A DNA stretch of 64,000 bases from Podarcis melisellensis (taxonomy: Eukaryota): NCBI GenBank assembly GCA_964234715.1, contig OZ174275.1. One strand, 5' to 3'. A model generated the notes under the pieces. It had not been told where the DNA came from. It worked only from the letters and a program-made list of their open reading frames with translations, and searched no databases. The translations under genes were made by a program, and so were the position numbers. Shown here in pieces: positions 50,167-62,630 of the stretch (positions are counted from its first letter, which is position 1; each line of letters starts with the position of its first letter).

Positions 50167-51289
50167 TTTTTTTTTTTTGGGGGGGGGAATATTTACTGCT
50201 AAACTGCTTAATAAAAATGCTTCCAGTTTCTTTACAACTGTATGTTTTAGCATTTTTTTTGGAGTTCCTCATAAATCATGTCGCAATTTTAAAAAATTTG
50301 GTGACAAGTCTGCCACTTTTGGAAAAAGGTTCCTACGGTTTATTTACACCTCCAACACTTGTTACTATTGTTTTTATTAATTTTAGCTAATTTGGATGGG
50401 GTCAGGTACCATCTGTAGGTCATTTCCATAAAGTATTCTTTAATCAGATAGCACACTATAAATTTTAAATCTTTTTTTTCATAATTCTTCCCATTTTTCC
50501 ATTTCAATCGGGTAGCCAAAATGAGCCCACTTCACCATCACTTCCTTTACTTTTCCATCTTACAAATAATAATAATCTATATGTTTTTTATAATGTCTTC
50601 TTATTTTTTTAATATTAATTCTTTTTCTAGGTTTTACATCTTTGTATCAAATCCATTTGTTTTTTAATCTAATTTAAAGATTTCATTTAGGTGGTAATAT
50701 TGTAGCCAGTTCATCTCTGTCTGTTTAAGTTCTTTATATCCTTTAAGTTTTAATTGGTTATTTTCTTCTTCTAATATTTCTTTATAGGTGAGCCAATTAA
50801 TTTCCATGTTTTTCTTTTTCACTGCTATTGCCTCTACTGGAGACAACCATCAAGGGTTCTTGGGGTTCCAATAGTTTATTTCTCCCCCATACTGTAAAAA
50901 GTGATCTCCTTATTATATGGTTAAAGAATCCTCTGTGCATTTTGACTTTGTCATATCCAAGATAACCATGCCAGCCGAACCTATTGTCCCGGCCTTCAAT
51001 GTCTAATATATTGGCATTTTTAGTAGTATCCATTCTTTGAGCCATACTAAACATGCAGCCTCTTAATATAATTTAAGGTCTGGCAGTGTGAACCCTCCTC
51101 TGTCTTTTACTTCCATTAACAGTTTAAACATAATCCTTGGCTTTTTGCCCTGCCATATAAATCTAGCCAGGTCTAGGGGCGACTTCACCTTCTGTTGCAT
51201 CCCTTTCTCTTTCGTCTTGCTGCTCGTCTGTCTCAAGATGGCAGCAGCACAAACTATGACCCGACACTGAGCGTGCTAGTCTGGAAGTC
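50167..51289 (-). mobile_element. Degenerate L1-clade LINE remnant (ORF2 C-terminal region)
   Basis: Minus-strand translation gives LARFIWQGKKPRI...RGGFTLPDLKLY and RWYLTPSKL...CWRC...GTF, typical of the L1 ORF2 post-RT and cysteine-rich regions, with stops and frameshifts. T-run at 50167-50178. Confidence 0.8.
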
Positions 51290-52957
51290 TTTCTAGCAGT
51301 GTTTTGTTGTTAGTTAAGCATTTGCCTTCGTTAAATATTCTCAAAGCCATTAAGAGAGGGTATTCTGTAGATCCAGCTCTATGTTTTGTACAACAGCAAA
51401 ACAAACTACCTTGGATGGGATTGTGTAACCCACCCACACCAAAAGACAATTCAATGAGACCTCGATGAGCATGGTGCTGAGGGTGTGTATAGGGAATGAA
51501 TATTCAAATGCACACCTGCACCAGTTGTTCACACAGATGTTTACTCTACAAGTTGATTTCCCATGCTATTTCCTCCTGAAGAAAGCCAGGGGTTGTGGAT
51601 TGTGATACATATTGTGACATCAAAGACCCATATACTGGTGGGATGGGAAAGCTATTTTAGAATCAAACAGCCTGATATAAATGTAACTGATGCAGATATG
51701 GGCTGCCATAACTCAGAGAATCTGCTTTGCATGCAGCAGGTCTCAGTTTTCAATTCCCAGCATCTCCAGCTAGAGCAGGAAAAGACTGCTGTCTGAAACC
51801 CAGTCAGGGTAGACAATGGTGAGCTAGATGGCTTCCTATATTCTGATATTTTCCCCAGAAGGTGTTTGATCCAAAGACACAAAGAAGAGATAGGGGTTTT
51901 AATCTTTATAATACAACTTTTGCAACAAAATAAGCTATACAGTTAGAGTCCAAATAAAAGGAAATGAATATTTTATGACATAAAATAAATTACCCCAAAT
52001 GTTATAAAATAAGATAAACCAAAATATCAGATAAGCTTGTTAAGTCCATACTCAAATTCACCTCACAGTTTCAGGCTTTAATTTAGCTCACTATAGATCA
52101 TATAATCTATATCTATATACAGTATCTACATATCTGTCTGTATATATTTATATATACTGGTAGATAGATATAGATATAGATATACATATTCTGTGACTGG
52201 AAAACCACAGCTTAAAAACAAATACATTTAGTGGTCTTTCCTTCTTTAAACCCTTGCTTCCATCCTCTGCCAGCAATGGTTATTCCTTTTATATATATAT
52301 TTTAAAGGACATAATCACTTCCTTCTGTGTTATGGAATTAAATCTACTGAGATGCTAAATTCAGTGACAAAATTCAAGATGTGGCCCCATTCCCATCTTC
52401 TGCAGCAGAGAAGGTGTCACTGAGACAGCTCAGCACTGCCTTTATAGATTTGGCAGTGCATAGAAGCAGTGAGGGAGAAAGCAAGAGGTACTTAATGATG
52501 GAGGAGGGATTTTTAGAAATATCCAGGGATGCCTTGACAAGGCTAAACCAGGACAGCATCCTCTGGAGAACGGTGCTGCCTGATGCTTGACACTGGCAGT
52601 CTTCCAGGGCAGTTCTACTTGCACTGCCTGTATCCATGGAAGCTCCATCTGCACCCTAACAATCCACTCCATCCCAAGGTGAACTACCCTGGTCAATAAA
52701 TGGAGGCACTTTTGTCAGACCATTGGCTGCAGGGGTAATGTTGACCCCACCTTCCCCCCAGGATCCACCCAAAATTATGGCGCATTTGACTCTTACCTGT
52801 TCAACAGTTCTATTTACCCTGGAATTATTTCATTGTCTACTCTGTCTTACTTCTCACTGCACTCTTCTCATTTTTGTATCTTCATGTAACCATGCCTACG
52901 ACTATCTCCTCCCATCTCTGTTTCTCTCTCCTCCCTCCTTCAAATTCCGCCCATCAG

Positions 52958-53077
52958 CCGGAAAAGACTCCATCTAGCAGCGTTCAATCTATGGATCAGT
53001 TTCCGGCCGATAATCCTAGCAATAGTGCGTTCGAGGTGGACTGGCCTGACCAGCCCACTGAGACTAAGATCAGCCAA
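52958..53077 (+). CDS. BIN1: BIN1 exon 16 copy B: PEKTPSSSVQSMDQFPADNPSNSAFEVDWPDQPTETKISQ
   Basis: Same splice sites as copy A; 118/120 nt identical to copy A. Confidence 0.88.
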
Positions 53078-53280
53078 GTAAGTGAAAGTATTTGAAATGA
53101 TCGTACATTTGAAATTGTCTTGTTCTGGCTGGTGTGCTCTAGCACAAGCCTGACTCAGTTGTTATTCTTTGGAATGCATTAGGCCGGGGCAAATTTATGA
53201 CCTCTTGCACCCAGCACTCTTCCAAAGGAATTAGAATGTCCCCATTCCCTAGGCACAATAGTAAAGCAGGGTATAAATAA

Positions 53281-53317
<37 letters not shown>

Positions 53318-54214
53318 AGAAGGGGCAGGCAGGCAGAGACTACAACCTCCCCTCCACCCAAACAAACAAAGGCTTACCCACTGCCTACCTACCACTCTGA
53401 TAATTGTCTTTTCTTTGTGTTTTCAATGTAGGGAAGTTTTTTTAATATTTGATGCTTTGATGTGTTTTAATAGTCCGTTGGGAGCTGCCTAGTCAGATGG
53501 GCAGCATATAAATAATAGAATTATTATTATGTTCATCAATTCCTAATTTGTTCAAGAGAGATTTTGCTGTTAGAAGTGTCAAATAAAGCAAGGGTTGCTA
53601 TGTCCTGCTGCATGTGGGATGGGAGTGAGGGGGAGAATTTTACCTAGGCATTGTTTATCCTGCATTGCTGAGTTTCCCTGTTGTCAGAATGCATACTGGT
53701 TCCTTGTGTGTGGTGTTGTTTCAGTGGAGTGTGGCCCACAATTATTTATACCAAGTGTGGAATATGTGTGTATTCTTTGGTATGATTCTCCTGAAGTCAT
53801 TGGAATAAGCTGGTGTGCTTTTAGTGAGATTTCGTTTTCTGCACACTGACAATAATGTTTTTGCAAAATTGGAGCATTTGTCACTTAGCAAGTTTCATTC
53901 CTCCCCTACAAGGAAAAAAGACTGCATTTTCTGGGGCTTGGTAGTCTAGAAAAAAGAAAATTAATGGGGAACATTTTGCAAGGTGTGGAGAAGCAGGATA
54001 GAGAGTACTGTGTGTCTCTCTCCCTCATCATACTTGGGATCACTTGACAATGTTGATGGGCAGAAGCCTTGGGACAGGTGGAGAATTATTAATACAAATT
54101 ATTATTATTAAATACTTATTCATACATTACACCATTAATTTGAGAAACCAATCAAGACTAGTCCTTGATTGTTATATGAAACCTCCAGGTTTAGAGATAG
54201 GATATCTCTGAATA

Positions 54215-54563
54215 CAGTGGTGCCCCGCAAGACGAATGCCTCGCAAGACGAAAAACCCGCTAGACGAAAGGGTTTTCCGTTTTTCGATGTGCTTCGCGAG
54301 ACTTCCCTATGGTCTTGCTTTGCAAGACGAAAACGTCTTGCGAGTCTTGCGATTTTTTTCACTTCCCTCCCTTTTTCTAAGCCACTAAGCTGCTAATAGC
54401 CTTTTAGCCGCTAAGCCGCTAAGCCTTTAATAGCCGCTAAGCCGCTAAACCGCTAATAGTGCTAAGCCGCTAAGCCGCTAATAGGGTTGCTTCGCAAGAT
54501 GAAAAAACCGCTAGACAAAGAGACTCGCGGAACGGATTATTTTCGTCTTGCGAGGCACCACTG
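54215..54563. mobile_element. Tc1/mariner (Tigger-like) MITE with internal (taagccgc)n repeats
   Basis: TIR cagtggtgccccgcaagacgaa / ttcgtcttgcgaggcaccactg; TA TSD. Confidence 0.85.
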
Positions 54564-55368
54564 TATTAGCTACTGGGGAGCAACATTGGGAGGGGGCTAG
54601 GACCTGAATATACCGGTAGGTTTCCCATATTGGCTAATGGGAAACAGGATGCCTGACACGATGGACTACTGGTCAGATCCAGCAAGGGTCTTCATATGGA
54701 AGCTAAACAGAAATAGTTGCAGTTTCAATGTAAAATAATAGTGATTACTAAAAGGGTTTTGGAATTCCCTTTTAATAGACTCTCTCAGTCTTGTGCATCA
54801 GAGCATATCTATCCTGCATCATGTTGCCTTTATGTGGCTTTGTAAGAGCACTTACACAGTGCCTGTATCTTCTTTGCTCCTATATATTCTAGTTCAATAT
54901 ATAGCCAGTTCAGTTAGCTTTGTGCCACTTCCATTGTAGTGTTTCAACAAGAAGACTCTATAATGACTTCTCTGAAGAGGCCTATTAGGAATAGTGCCAT
55001 CTTGGACAATGGCTAGTCAAGTTGTTTAGTGCAGAGATCCGTACTGGAAACGTTTTGAGAGCAACACTTGGATGTGATTTTACTTATCCTATATTGGCAA
55101 TATGTAAGTTTCAGTCAATGGTGGCAAGTGGCATATGCTCTTAAAGCCCTTGTAGACTAAAAGGGAATGTGACGTGTGTTCATTCATACACTGGGAGGTA
55201 GAATGGGCAGCTTTAATGATGTGCATAATATTCCTTTCTACATTACCTACCCACCTGTGCCACTGCCATTTCCCTCATACTCCACTATGTAGATAAATAA
55301 TATACATTTGGGTCAGCATGAAAATGACAAGCCCAGAAGAAAGCCTTATCTATTTCATTAATGGGTAG

Positions 55369-55382
55369 TGTTGTTGTTGTTG

Positions 55383-55426
<44 letters not shown>
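55369..55426. repeat. Compound (GTT)n(ATT)n microsatellite
   Basis: Seen directly. Confidence 0.9.
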
Positions 55427-55427
<1 letters not shown>

Positions 55428-56873
55428 TGCTAAAAATAATCATTATTGTTTATAGCCCCATTGATTTGCATATTTTATTCTTCTGAAGAAAAGAAATGTT
55501 GGTAGCATCAACAAAGATTTCCCTGATCTTATCAGTTTCCCCAGAGATGTGGGGAAGGGGGCACCCATGGTGTGGCTGCCCAAAGCCATGGGAAAAAGGA
55601 GGAAGGAAAAAATGTACTTCAGTTGCAAAGCTTCTGTTCATAGATGAAAGTGGGGGGGGGGGGGAGGCAGGAAGACAGAAATATGATCTGTATATCCACC
55701 ATCCTTCAAGGCAATCATTTTTTGAAACTTCATGTAAATGCATTGAAAACTGCACTTCTATCTTTAACAAATGAATGCAAATGGTAGGAGAGAAGCCAAA
55801 AATCACTTTAAATAGCATTTTGGAACTGTTCACCTCAGTAGGTGAACCTTTCATCATGTCAGGTCCTCTGTTCCATAGGCTCCATTATCAATCTTTTTTG
55901 GTTTTAATCTCTGATAAATGTTTCTTAGCTTGCATTCACACGGCAGTTTATTTTGTTTTCCTGACATTTCCCTAACATAAATTTCTGCCTTATATTCCAG
56001 CTTTCACACAACGTTAAAGACACTTGCAGAAACAGAGTGGAATGTAGCTTGAGTTTAGTGCTCATTTCTGCGTTATTTGCAAATGGATTTTTTTTCTTCT
56101 AGAAATGAGTGCTAAACTTGTGTTATAGTCTGCTTTATTTCTGGAAACGGTTTTTCTGTCACCTGAAAGTTAAAATATATGGCAGAAATCAACAAGGAAA
56201 CACAGGGAAAATATAATAAACTGCTGTGTGAATGCAGCCTAACTGTAAGATTGAGATGCATGTAATCCTATTGATTAACTGCTGAGAGGTAGGAAATTGG
56301 TTAGGTTCTCACTAATCTCTTCTTCAGTGGCCAGGTGGTGGCAGTCTTTGATAGCATTGATTCTCACTATATGTTGCTAACTCTGCACAGCCTTATGTGG
56401 TATAACTGATCAGCAGGGTGTATGCCATCTTCATATCTGATCTGATGGTCTATTATTTTAACTGCTGCTGACTTAGAACGGTGAACTTGGTGACCAGTTG
56501 ACCCTGGTCCAAAAGGCAGCTTCTGTTGTTCTGTTGTCATAAGGGTCTGCTGTTATTAGGAAGGGCACTGCCAGATATCATCAGACTTTCCTTTCCTAGT
56601 CCTGCAAGCAAGAATTTTGTCAGCCACGTTCAAATGTTTTACTCAAGGTGAAGTGCGTCAGTTTTTGAAGCTATGTTACTGTATGATGAGATACAGCAGT
56701 TTTTCACAGCCATAAAAGAAACAGTAGAAACTATGCAATCATGCGGAAGATAGAACCTTCTGGGCACACTGTTGGCTTATGTGGAAAAAGACAGGGTCAG
56801 CACTGGAAAACTTGAGAACATGAGGTTGTTTTCAAATGTGAGGTTTTTAAATAGCTCTTGCTTCAAGCTGCTT

Positions 56874-57800
56874 TGTAATGCAAATGCGAAACCTTTATTA
56901 GCTGGATCATTTTCATAACCCAAGCTGCGCTTCGAAACCCCCAAACATACCCCCCCAAATGAAGATACACAGGATTTTAGTTTAAGTTATTGGCAAAATT
57001 TAGGCCACAACTTTATTAAATACAGAATGTGAGTGGTATTGGCTTAGGCATTGGGTTCACCCGACTATATCAGACTCCCATCTGCTTTGCAGGGAATCTG
57101 ATAAAAGGGTGAAACACCGCCAGAGGGAGCCCTGCTGGTGGGGACCGACTTGAGCTCCCCCGGTGTCTCTGTGGGGTCCTGGTATGGCCCTAGCTCCTAC
57201 CATGGGGTTTCGAACAAGATCCAGGCCAACCACTGATTCCTTTAATGGGATACCCTTAACCTTGGAGGGGCAGGTGATGGCCACCCCCCTCCCACATATC
57301 ACTGATCCAATGCCTAACTGCCAGACTTTACAAAGTTGTGACAATTGCTACGTGGTAGGCAAAAACCAAATGGCCATGCCAGTCTGCCAAATGGAAAAAT
57401 TCCTACCAGGCCCCTGTTGCAAAACAGGTGACCTACAAAGTCCACAGCAAGGCCAAGTGCACCAAGATAAAGGGTGGGAGGGTGGGCGTTCCTCTGTGCG
57501 AAGGCAATGAGGACCAGCAAACAACACGCAGGGCATAAAGTTTTGCAGCCACCCCCTAAGCCACGCCATTGGCTTTAGGGTCCAGGAAACATGCAAAATG
57601 ACCATAGCCCTGCCCACCCCAGCAGATGGGAGATGCTCGGAGGCCCGATCGCAATGCGTACCCTCCATGAAGAGGATCCGATTTAACACAAATAGTGCAG
57701 GAAACCCCTCAAAGGTGTGCCTCCTTTAAACTTGACTCATGAAAAATATCTGAGATGGGTGAGACCGACCCACATAGCACAACCACAAAGACTTAATAAG
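56874..57800. mobile_element. GC/CpG-richer insertion, possibly an LTR-type repeat (boundaries uncertain)
   Basis: Abrupt compositional shift; starts TGTAATG; minus-strand AATAAA. No matching CA terminus or TSD found. Confidence 0.3.
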
Positions 57801-58086
57801 CAGCCAACTCAATGAGCTCCAGGCTACATTCCAGCCCAGGGTCATTTGCTCTTCCTCAAAGTGGTGCAGCTTGGATCTGTGCCAACACATGGACTTGGGA
57901 TACCCAACTGGTGCCGATACCTGACTGTTTTAAGAGTGTGGGTGCTACAGTCCAGCTAAGGACTCAGACTCCGCTCAGCACTGAGCTGCAGATGCTCATA
58001 ATTCTGGCAAGGCCTAAAGATGTGGCAGGTCATGCTCTCCTGGGCATGCTGGGGTTCCAGGAGTTTAACTGGCTTTTGTGTTGCAG

Positions 58087-58188
58087 CCCACAGAAGCCGC
58101 TCCTGCTGGTGCTGAGGCAGCTGGCAAAGAAGCAGCAGCAGCTGGAGCTGAAGCAGCTAAAACCGAAACTGACTCAGGATCTGCCTCA
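58087..58188 (+). CDS. BIN1: BIN1 exon 17: PTEAAPAGAEAAGKEAAAAGAEAAKTETDSGSAS
   Basis: ttgcag|CCC...TCA|gtaaga; 102 nt, phase 0-0; Ala/Glu-rich like human exon 17. Confidence 0.88.
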
Positions 58189-59194
58189 GTAAGACCATAG
58201 GCAAGGGAGAGGGGTGGTGGCGGTGGGATCTCTTTCTCCCATGTTGCTGGCACGCAATATATAATCACTATTTCACTTAACGCAGTGGGATGGGAACCCG
58301 TCAAAGCGACACTGTTGTAGCTTCTGTTCTTCAAGTAGTACAGAATCCTTGATGGAGGGGCCCAATTTGCTGGGTTGTGACTATTGAACAAAGCCCTTTA
58401 ATTATCTGCAGGTGGTCTTCCAGAAGAAAAATGTCCCCTTTGATGCAAACAGCTAAGCATGTAGCAGCAGCAGTTGCAAGTGGTCTGAGTCAGAAAGAAT
58501 ATCTCCACTGTTCTCCCCAGTCCCAGTTAATCACCACCCTGGCTCTTTCATGTCATCCAACAGCCTTTGTTGCTCTGACAGATCCCTCCAGGCAAACCAT
58601 GAAGGCTAAAAGCACAGAACCCTTTCTCATTTCCCCTCCCTAAGTTTTGATTCCACTTTCTCACCATGTCTGCTTCTGCTAAGAAATTTGGCCAGAGGCA
58701 TCAAATTTGTGGCTCTTACAAGGTCACTGAGTTGTTAGTTCTTGTGCATGAAAATGATGCTGAGGACGTAGAGGTCAGAGGCCACCAAGAAGAAGACAGG
58801 TAGCAATTTCAGATCAAGGAAAGGGGAAAAAAAGATTTAGAAGAACTTTTGCCTCTTACTATGAACCTATATCTCCTCTCACCCTTGTGACAGACACCTG
58901 CTGTGTGTTCCATAATCTTTATACCACCCTGATTTTCCCTCTAATATTTGCCACTGTCTGTGATTCCCTTTTTAAAATTCCCATCTTGTCATGAGTCATT
59001 CTCTTCACCTTAATGGCTACTCTGGGCCATAAATTGTAACATCCACGTGGTGGAGGAAAAACACACAATACATTGGCGTTGAATTTTTGAATAATGGGCT
59101 GAACCAGTTTAGTGCAGTGGGGTCTCATTTTGCCAAGTGCCTTGTTTCAAGTGTTCCTTGTGTTTTCTTTGCCTCCCTTCACTGCTATGCTTAG

Positions 59195-59305
59195 AGCTCT
59201 CTGCCTGCTGTAGTTGTGGAGACCTTCCCAGCCACAGTCAATGGAACAGTTGAAAGTGGAGCCGCTTCTGAAAGGGCTGACATGCCACCAGGTTTCCTGT
59301 TTAAG
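59195..59305 (+). CDS. BIN1: BIN1 exon 18: [37 protein letters not shown]
   Basis: gcttag|AGC...AAG|gtgagt; 111 nt, phase 0-0. Confidence 0.96.
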
Positions 59306-59941
59306 GTGAGTGTGAGGAAGAACATTTACCTCAGCCGGGCACACATTCCACACTGATGTCCATTAAACTGAATTTGTTTAATGTGCATCGAGAAACCTTG
59401 TGCATGCTGCTACTCATAGTATGGGTGGCTTTCGACAAGTTAGGATCTGTTGTTTCTCAATGTTAGCCAAAAACATAGCCTTCATAGTTGCATAGCGGAC
59501 TGTCACAAAAGATACATGAGCTGGACCATTTCTGCCCCCTTATAATTCAAGTACTGTCCCAGGCATCTCTTTTTCTAACTTATTTGGTGAAATAACCAAA
59601 AGAAAACAACCAGTTGTGTCTCCCCTCCTTTACACCCTTCGGAGAAAATCATCCTACTGTAGAGCTTCTCCGGTTCAAATTTATTTTATTTTTATTTATT
59701 AAATGTCTATAATGCCATTTGTTTAAGGGTCACAGTGAGGCTTACAATATAAACACACAGAAATACATATTAGCAAACAAAACAACAACTTTGCAGGACA
59801 AGAGGAGGTGGGATAGCGGATAGATAATCATGTTCTCACTTGTTGGTTTGGGTAAAAGTGGGCAGGAGCTGTATGCATCACCCCTTCTTCATGAAATGGA
59901 GCAAGCTCTCTCCCTTCACTGGAGTCATTATTTCTTTACAG

Positions 59942-60043
59942 GCACAAGCCATGCATGACTATGCAGCCACTGACAGTGATGAGCTACAACTGAAGGCTGG
60001 AGATGTTGTCCTGGTGATTCCATTTGACAACCCAGATGAGCAG
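59942..60043 (+). CDS. BIN1: BIN1 exon 19 (SH3): [34 protein letters not shown]
   Basis: ttacag|GCA...CAG|gtaagg; 102 nt, phase 0-0. Confidence 0.97.
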
Positions 60044-60752
60044 GTAAGGAGAGCATATGGGATTTATCATCTTTTTTTGCTTCACACACCAGTGTCATAT
60101 AGTATGTAGAACACTGGATCTGAACCAGAAAGACTTCGTTTGAAAACCCCATTCTCCTGTGTGTGTGACCTTCAAGCAGCCAGCAGATGAATGGAGATGA
60201 TGTCTTGCAAAACCAGAATATCTGAAGTAACTGTCTGCTTGATTCTTTGAAATGATTAGTATAGAGCAGGTGTGGCCAACCTGCCGCCCACAAGCCAGCT
60301 GAAGCCTACAAAGCTGTCTGAAAGGCCCTGCTAACTCCTTACAAAGGCACCTCTTCCTTACTTTCAAGCCTCTCCTCTGATTGGCTCCAATCAGCACAAA
60401 GGGTGAGAAGACTTCTTCTCAGGGGCTAAATCATGTTGTGATTGGGTGGCTCCTGGGTGCTGGAGAGTGGGACCCTGCCGCAGAAATAGTAGTGGGTCTT
60501 CAATCCCTCACAACCCTATGTGCCTCTTGTGTGTCATCATCACTAGCAGATCAGAGCACTCTAGAAAATGGAAGCATTCAGTCCTGTTTCCTGAGTGCCT
60601 TATGCAAACAATGGACATTTTCTTATGCAAGGCCTCAATAGCCTTTAGATACTCTTGATGCAAGAGCCACTTTGTACCTCATGAATGGAAATGACCAAGA
60701 TGTAATCATATTCAGTTTTTCACAATAACAGCTTCCTAGGAGATGCCATAGT

Positions 60753-60755
<3 letters not shown>

Positions 60756-60820
<65 letters not shown>
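60756..60820. repeat. (GA)n microsatellite
   Basis: Pure run. Confidence 0.97.
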
Positions 60821-60824
<4 letters not shown>

Positions 60825-61686
60825 ATTTTGTTCATAGACAAGCTCTCTTCCTAAAGTGATAACAGATTAGGAATATCTCTTCTTAGCAAATATCACCTTT
60901 AAAAATATATTCTCTTCTCTATTGTAGTTAGCTCCTAAGTGACTTTAGAGCAGAAGTGGGGAACTAGATTCAGGCAGCAGGCTGGATCCCTAATTCCCCC
61001 ATCCTCTGTGGGTCAACACTGACAGGTGGGCAGGACCTTACATGTGCAGCTTCAGATAAGGCTTGAATTTGTCAAATGAAAATTTCAAGACAGGCAAAAA
61101 ACCAAAATCAATGGAGCTTAGGAAACATAATGGGTCATATTAAGTTCTGCTGTTCTGCTCACGCAACAGACTTCTGCTTGAACACTCCTTGTGCATCATT
61201 GAATCTACTCCAGAGAATTGTGGGAACCTCCAGAGCAGATTTTGGGTGCTCCTAGAGGGAAGAGGAAGTCCTATTGCATAAACGGAACTCTGCTTGCACA
61301 GCATTGGATACAACCCAGTGTATCCAGAAACAATAACAGAATCTTATAGCGCCCTAAAGACTAGCAAATGTATTGTGCTGTTACCTTTCATGACCTAGAG
61401 TTCACTTCTTCAGAAGCATGGAGTGTTGTCCTCAGCTGACAGGTATATATACCCATGAGGAGGAAAATGTGCAAAGTTCAGTGAAAGCTCAAGTGTATGC
61501 AAAAGCAGCACAGTGATTCTTCAAAACCACAATAATAGATGATAACAAACTTATCACCAATAAATAACTGATTGCCTTATTTGCACAAGGTTGTGATCAG
61601 TGACCTAAGAATCCTAGGCTGCCCTCCTGCTTGTTTTTCACTCTGTACAAACCTTTTGTCTGCCTTTCCCTTTCTCTCCCTGGCAG

Positions 61687-61794
61687 GATGAAGGATGGCT
61701 GATGGGTGTGAAAGAATCCGATTGGCTTCAGCACAAAGAACTTGACCAATGCCGAGGAGTTTTCCCAGAGAATTTCACGGAGCGGGTGCAGTGA
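61687..61794 (+). CDS. BIN1: BIN1 exon 20 coding part (SH3 end): [35 protein letters not shown]
   Basis: tggcag|GAT...CAG TGA; SH3 GW and FPENF motifs. Confidence 0.97.
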   Translation, partial: DEGWLMGVKESDWLQHKELDQCRGVFPENFTERVQ

Positions 61795-62630
61795 GGTCCT
61801 GAGGCTTCTAGGTGGCTTCTCGGCATTGAGAAAGCAGAGGTGTTTCCTCTCTCCCTCTTGCCCTGGGGAAAGTCTAAAAGTAATAGAGAGAATTTTAAAG
61901 GGAAGAGAAGCCTAAAGGTTGGATTCTTCACAGAAAACAAGCTTTTAGAAGTACATTGAATTCAAAGTGTTGTTATCAAATATATAGGTAATAAAGAAAG
62001 ACAGGTTGAAAAACAACAACAACTTTTTCCCCCTTTTAATTTGAACAGTGTTGGTGTTCAGGAGGTTTGCCACCAAAGTGGCTGCGTCGTTTTGTGTGAG
62101 TTGGACTTAGGGTAACTCCAGCATCATAAGCCTCAAAATACTAACTGCTCCATTACTCTGAAATGACATACTCTTAAGTTTACCTTGTGGGAAGGTGCAG
62201 TTAACCTGTCTTGTGTCTGAGGCTGCTTATATGGCATCCCCTAGATTTCAGACCCTGCACATTATTCACACCTGCTGCCATAAGCCCAATGCCTGTCATG
62301 CTGTTGAAAAGAAATATGTAGTGTACAGTGTTCACAAATTATGATTATATATATGTGTGTGTGTGTGCGTGCGTGTTTGTTCATCCTTGGGGGGGATGCA
62401 ACAAGAACTGTGATTTTCTACATATAGTGCAAACAAAATTACCTGCAGATGCACATCGGAAAGAAAAAGGAGGAAGTGACGCCTGATCCAAAGCTCCTTC
62501 AAATATGTGTTTTGATATAGTATATTGGCACTTCCTTTTCTTTGAAAAAAGATACTGTAAAAGTATAAACATGACTTCATTTGATTTTTAAAATTATTAT
62601 TAAAAAACCCACTCTGTTGCTGTTTTGTTA
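61795..62630 (+). other. BIN1: BIN1 3' UTR (approximate), candidate poly(A) signals AATAAA 61990-61995 and ATTAAA 62599-62604
   Basis: Follows the stop codon; both hexamers are followed by U/GU-rich sequence. The true end cannot be fixed without transcripts. Confidence 0.45.

Larger units (their letters stand above)
48940..53268 (+). repeat. Intragenic tandem duplication containing exon 16 (copy A 48940-49825; copy B 51288-53268, interrupted)
   Basis: Direct alignment by eye of the two blocks; exon offset 3442 bp. Confidence 0.95.

Noticed and set aside
51329-52747. Segments missing from copy A read as spliced-out introns (retrocopy origin of copy A)
   Set aside because: Removing them at GT-AG does not reproduce the copy A junctions, and both copies keep intronic flanks. 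A DNA-level duplication with later indels fits better.
54378-54480. Short repeat array as a CRISPR-like structure
   Set aside because: Eukaryotic context, no unique spacers, and it lies inside a TIR-bounded MITE.
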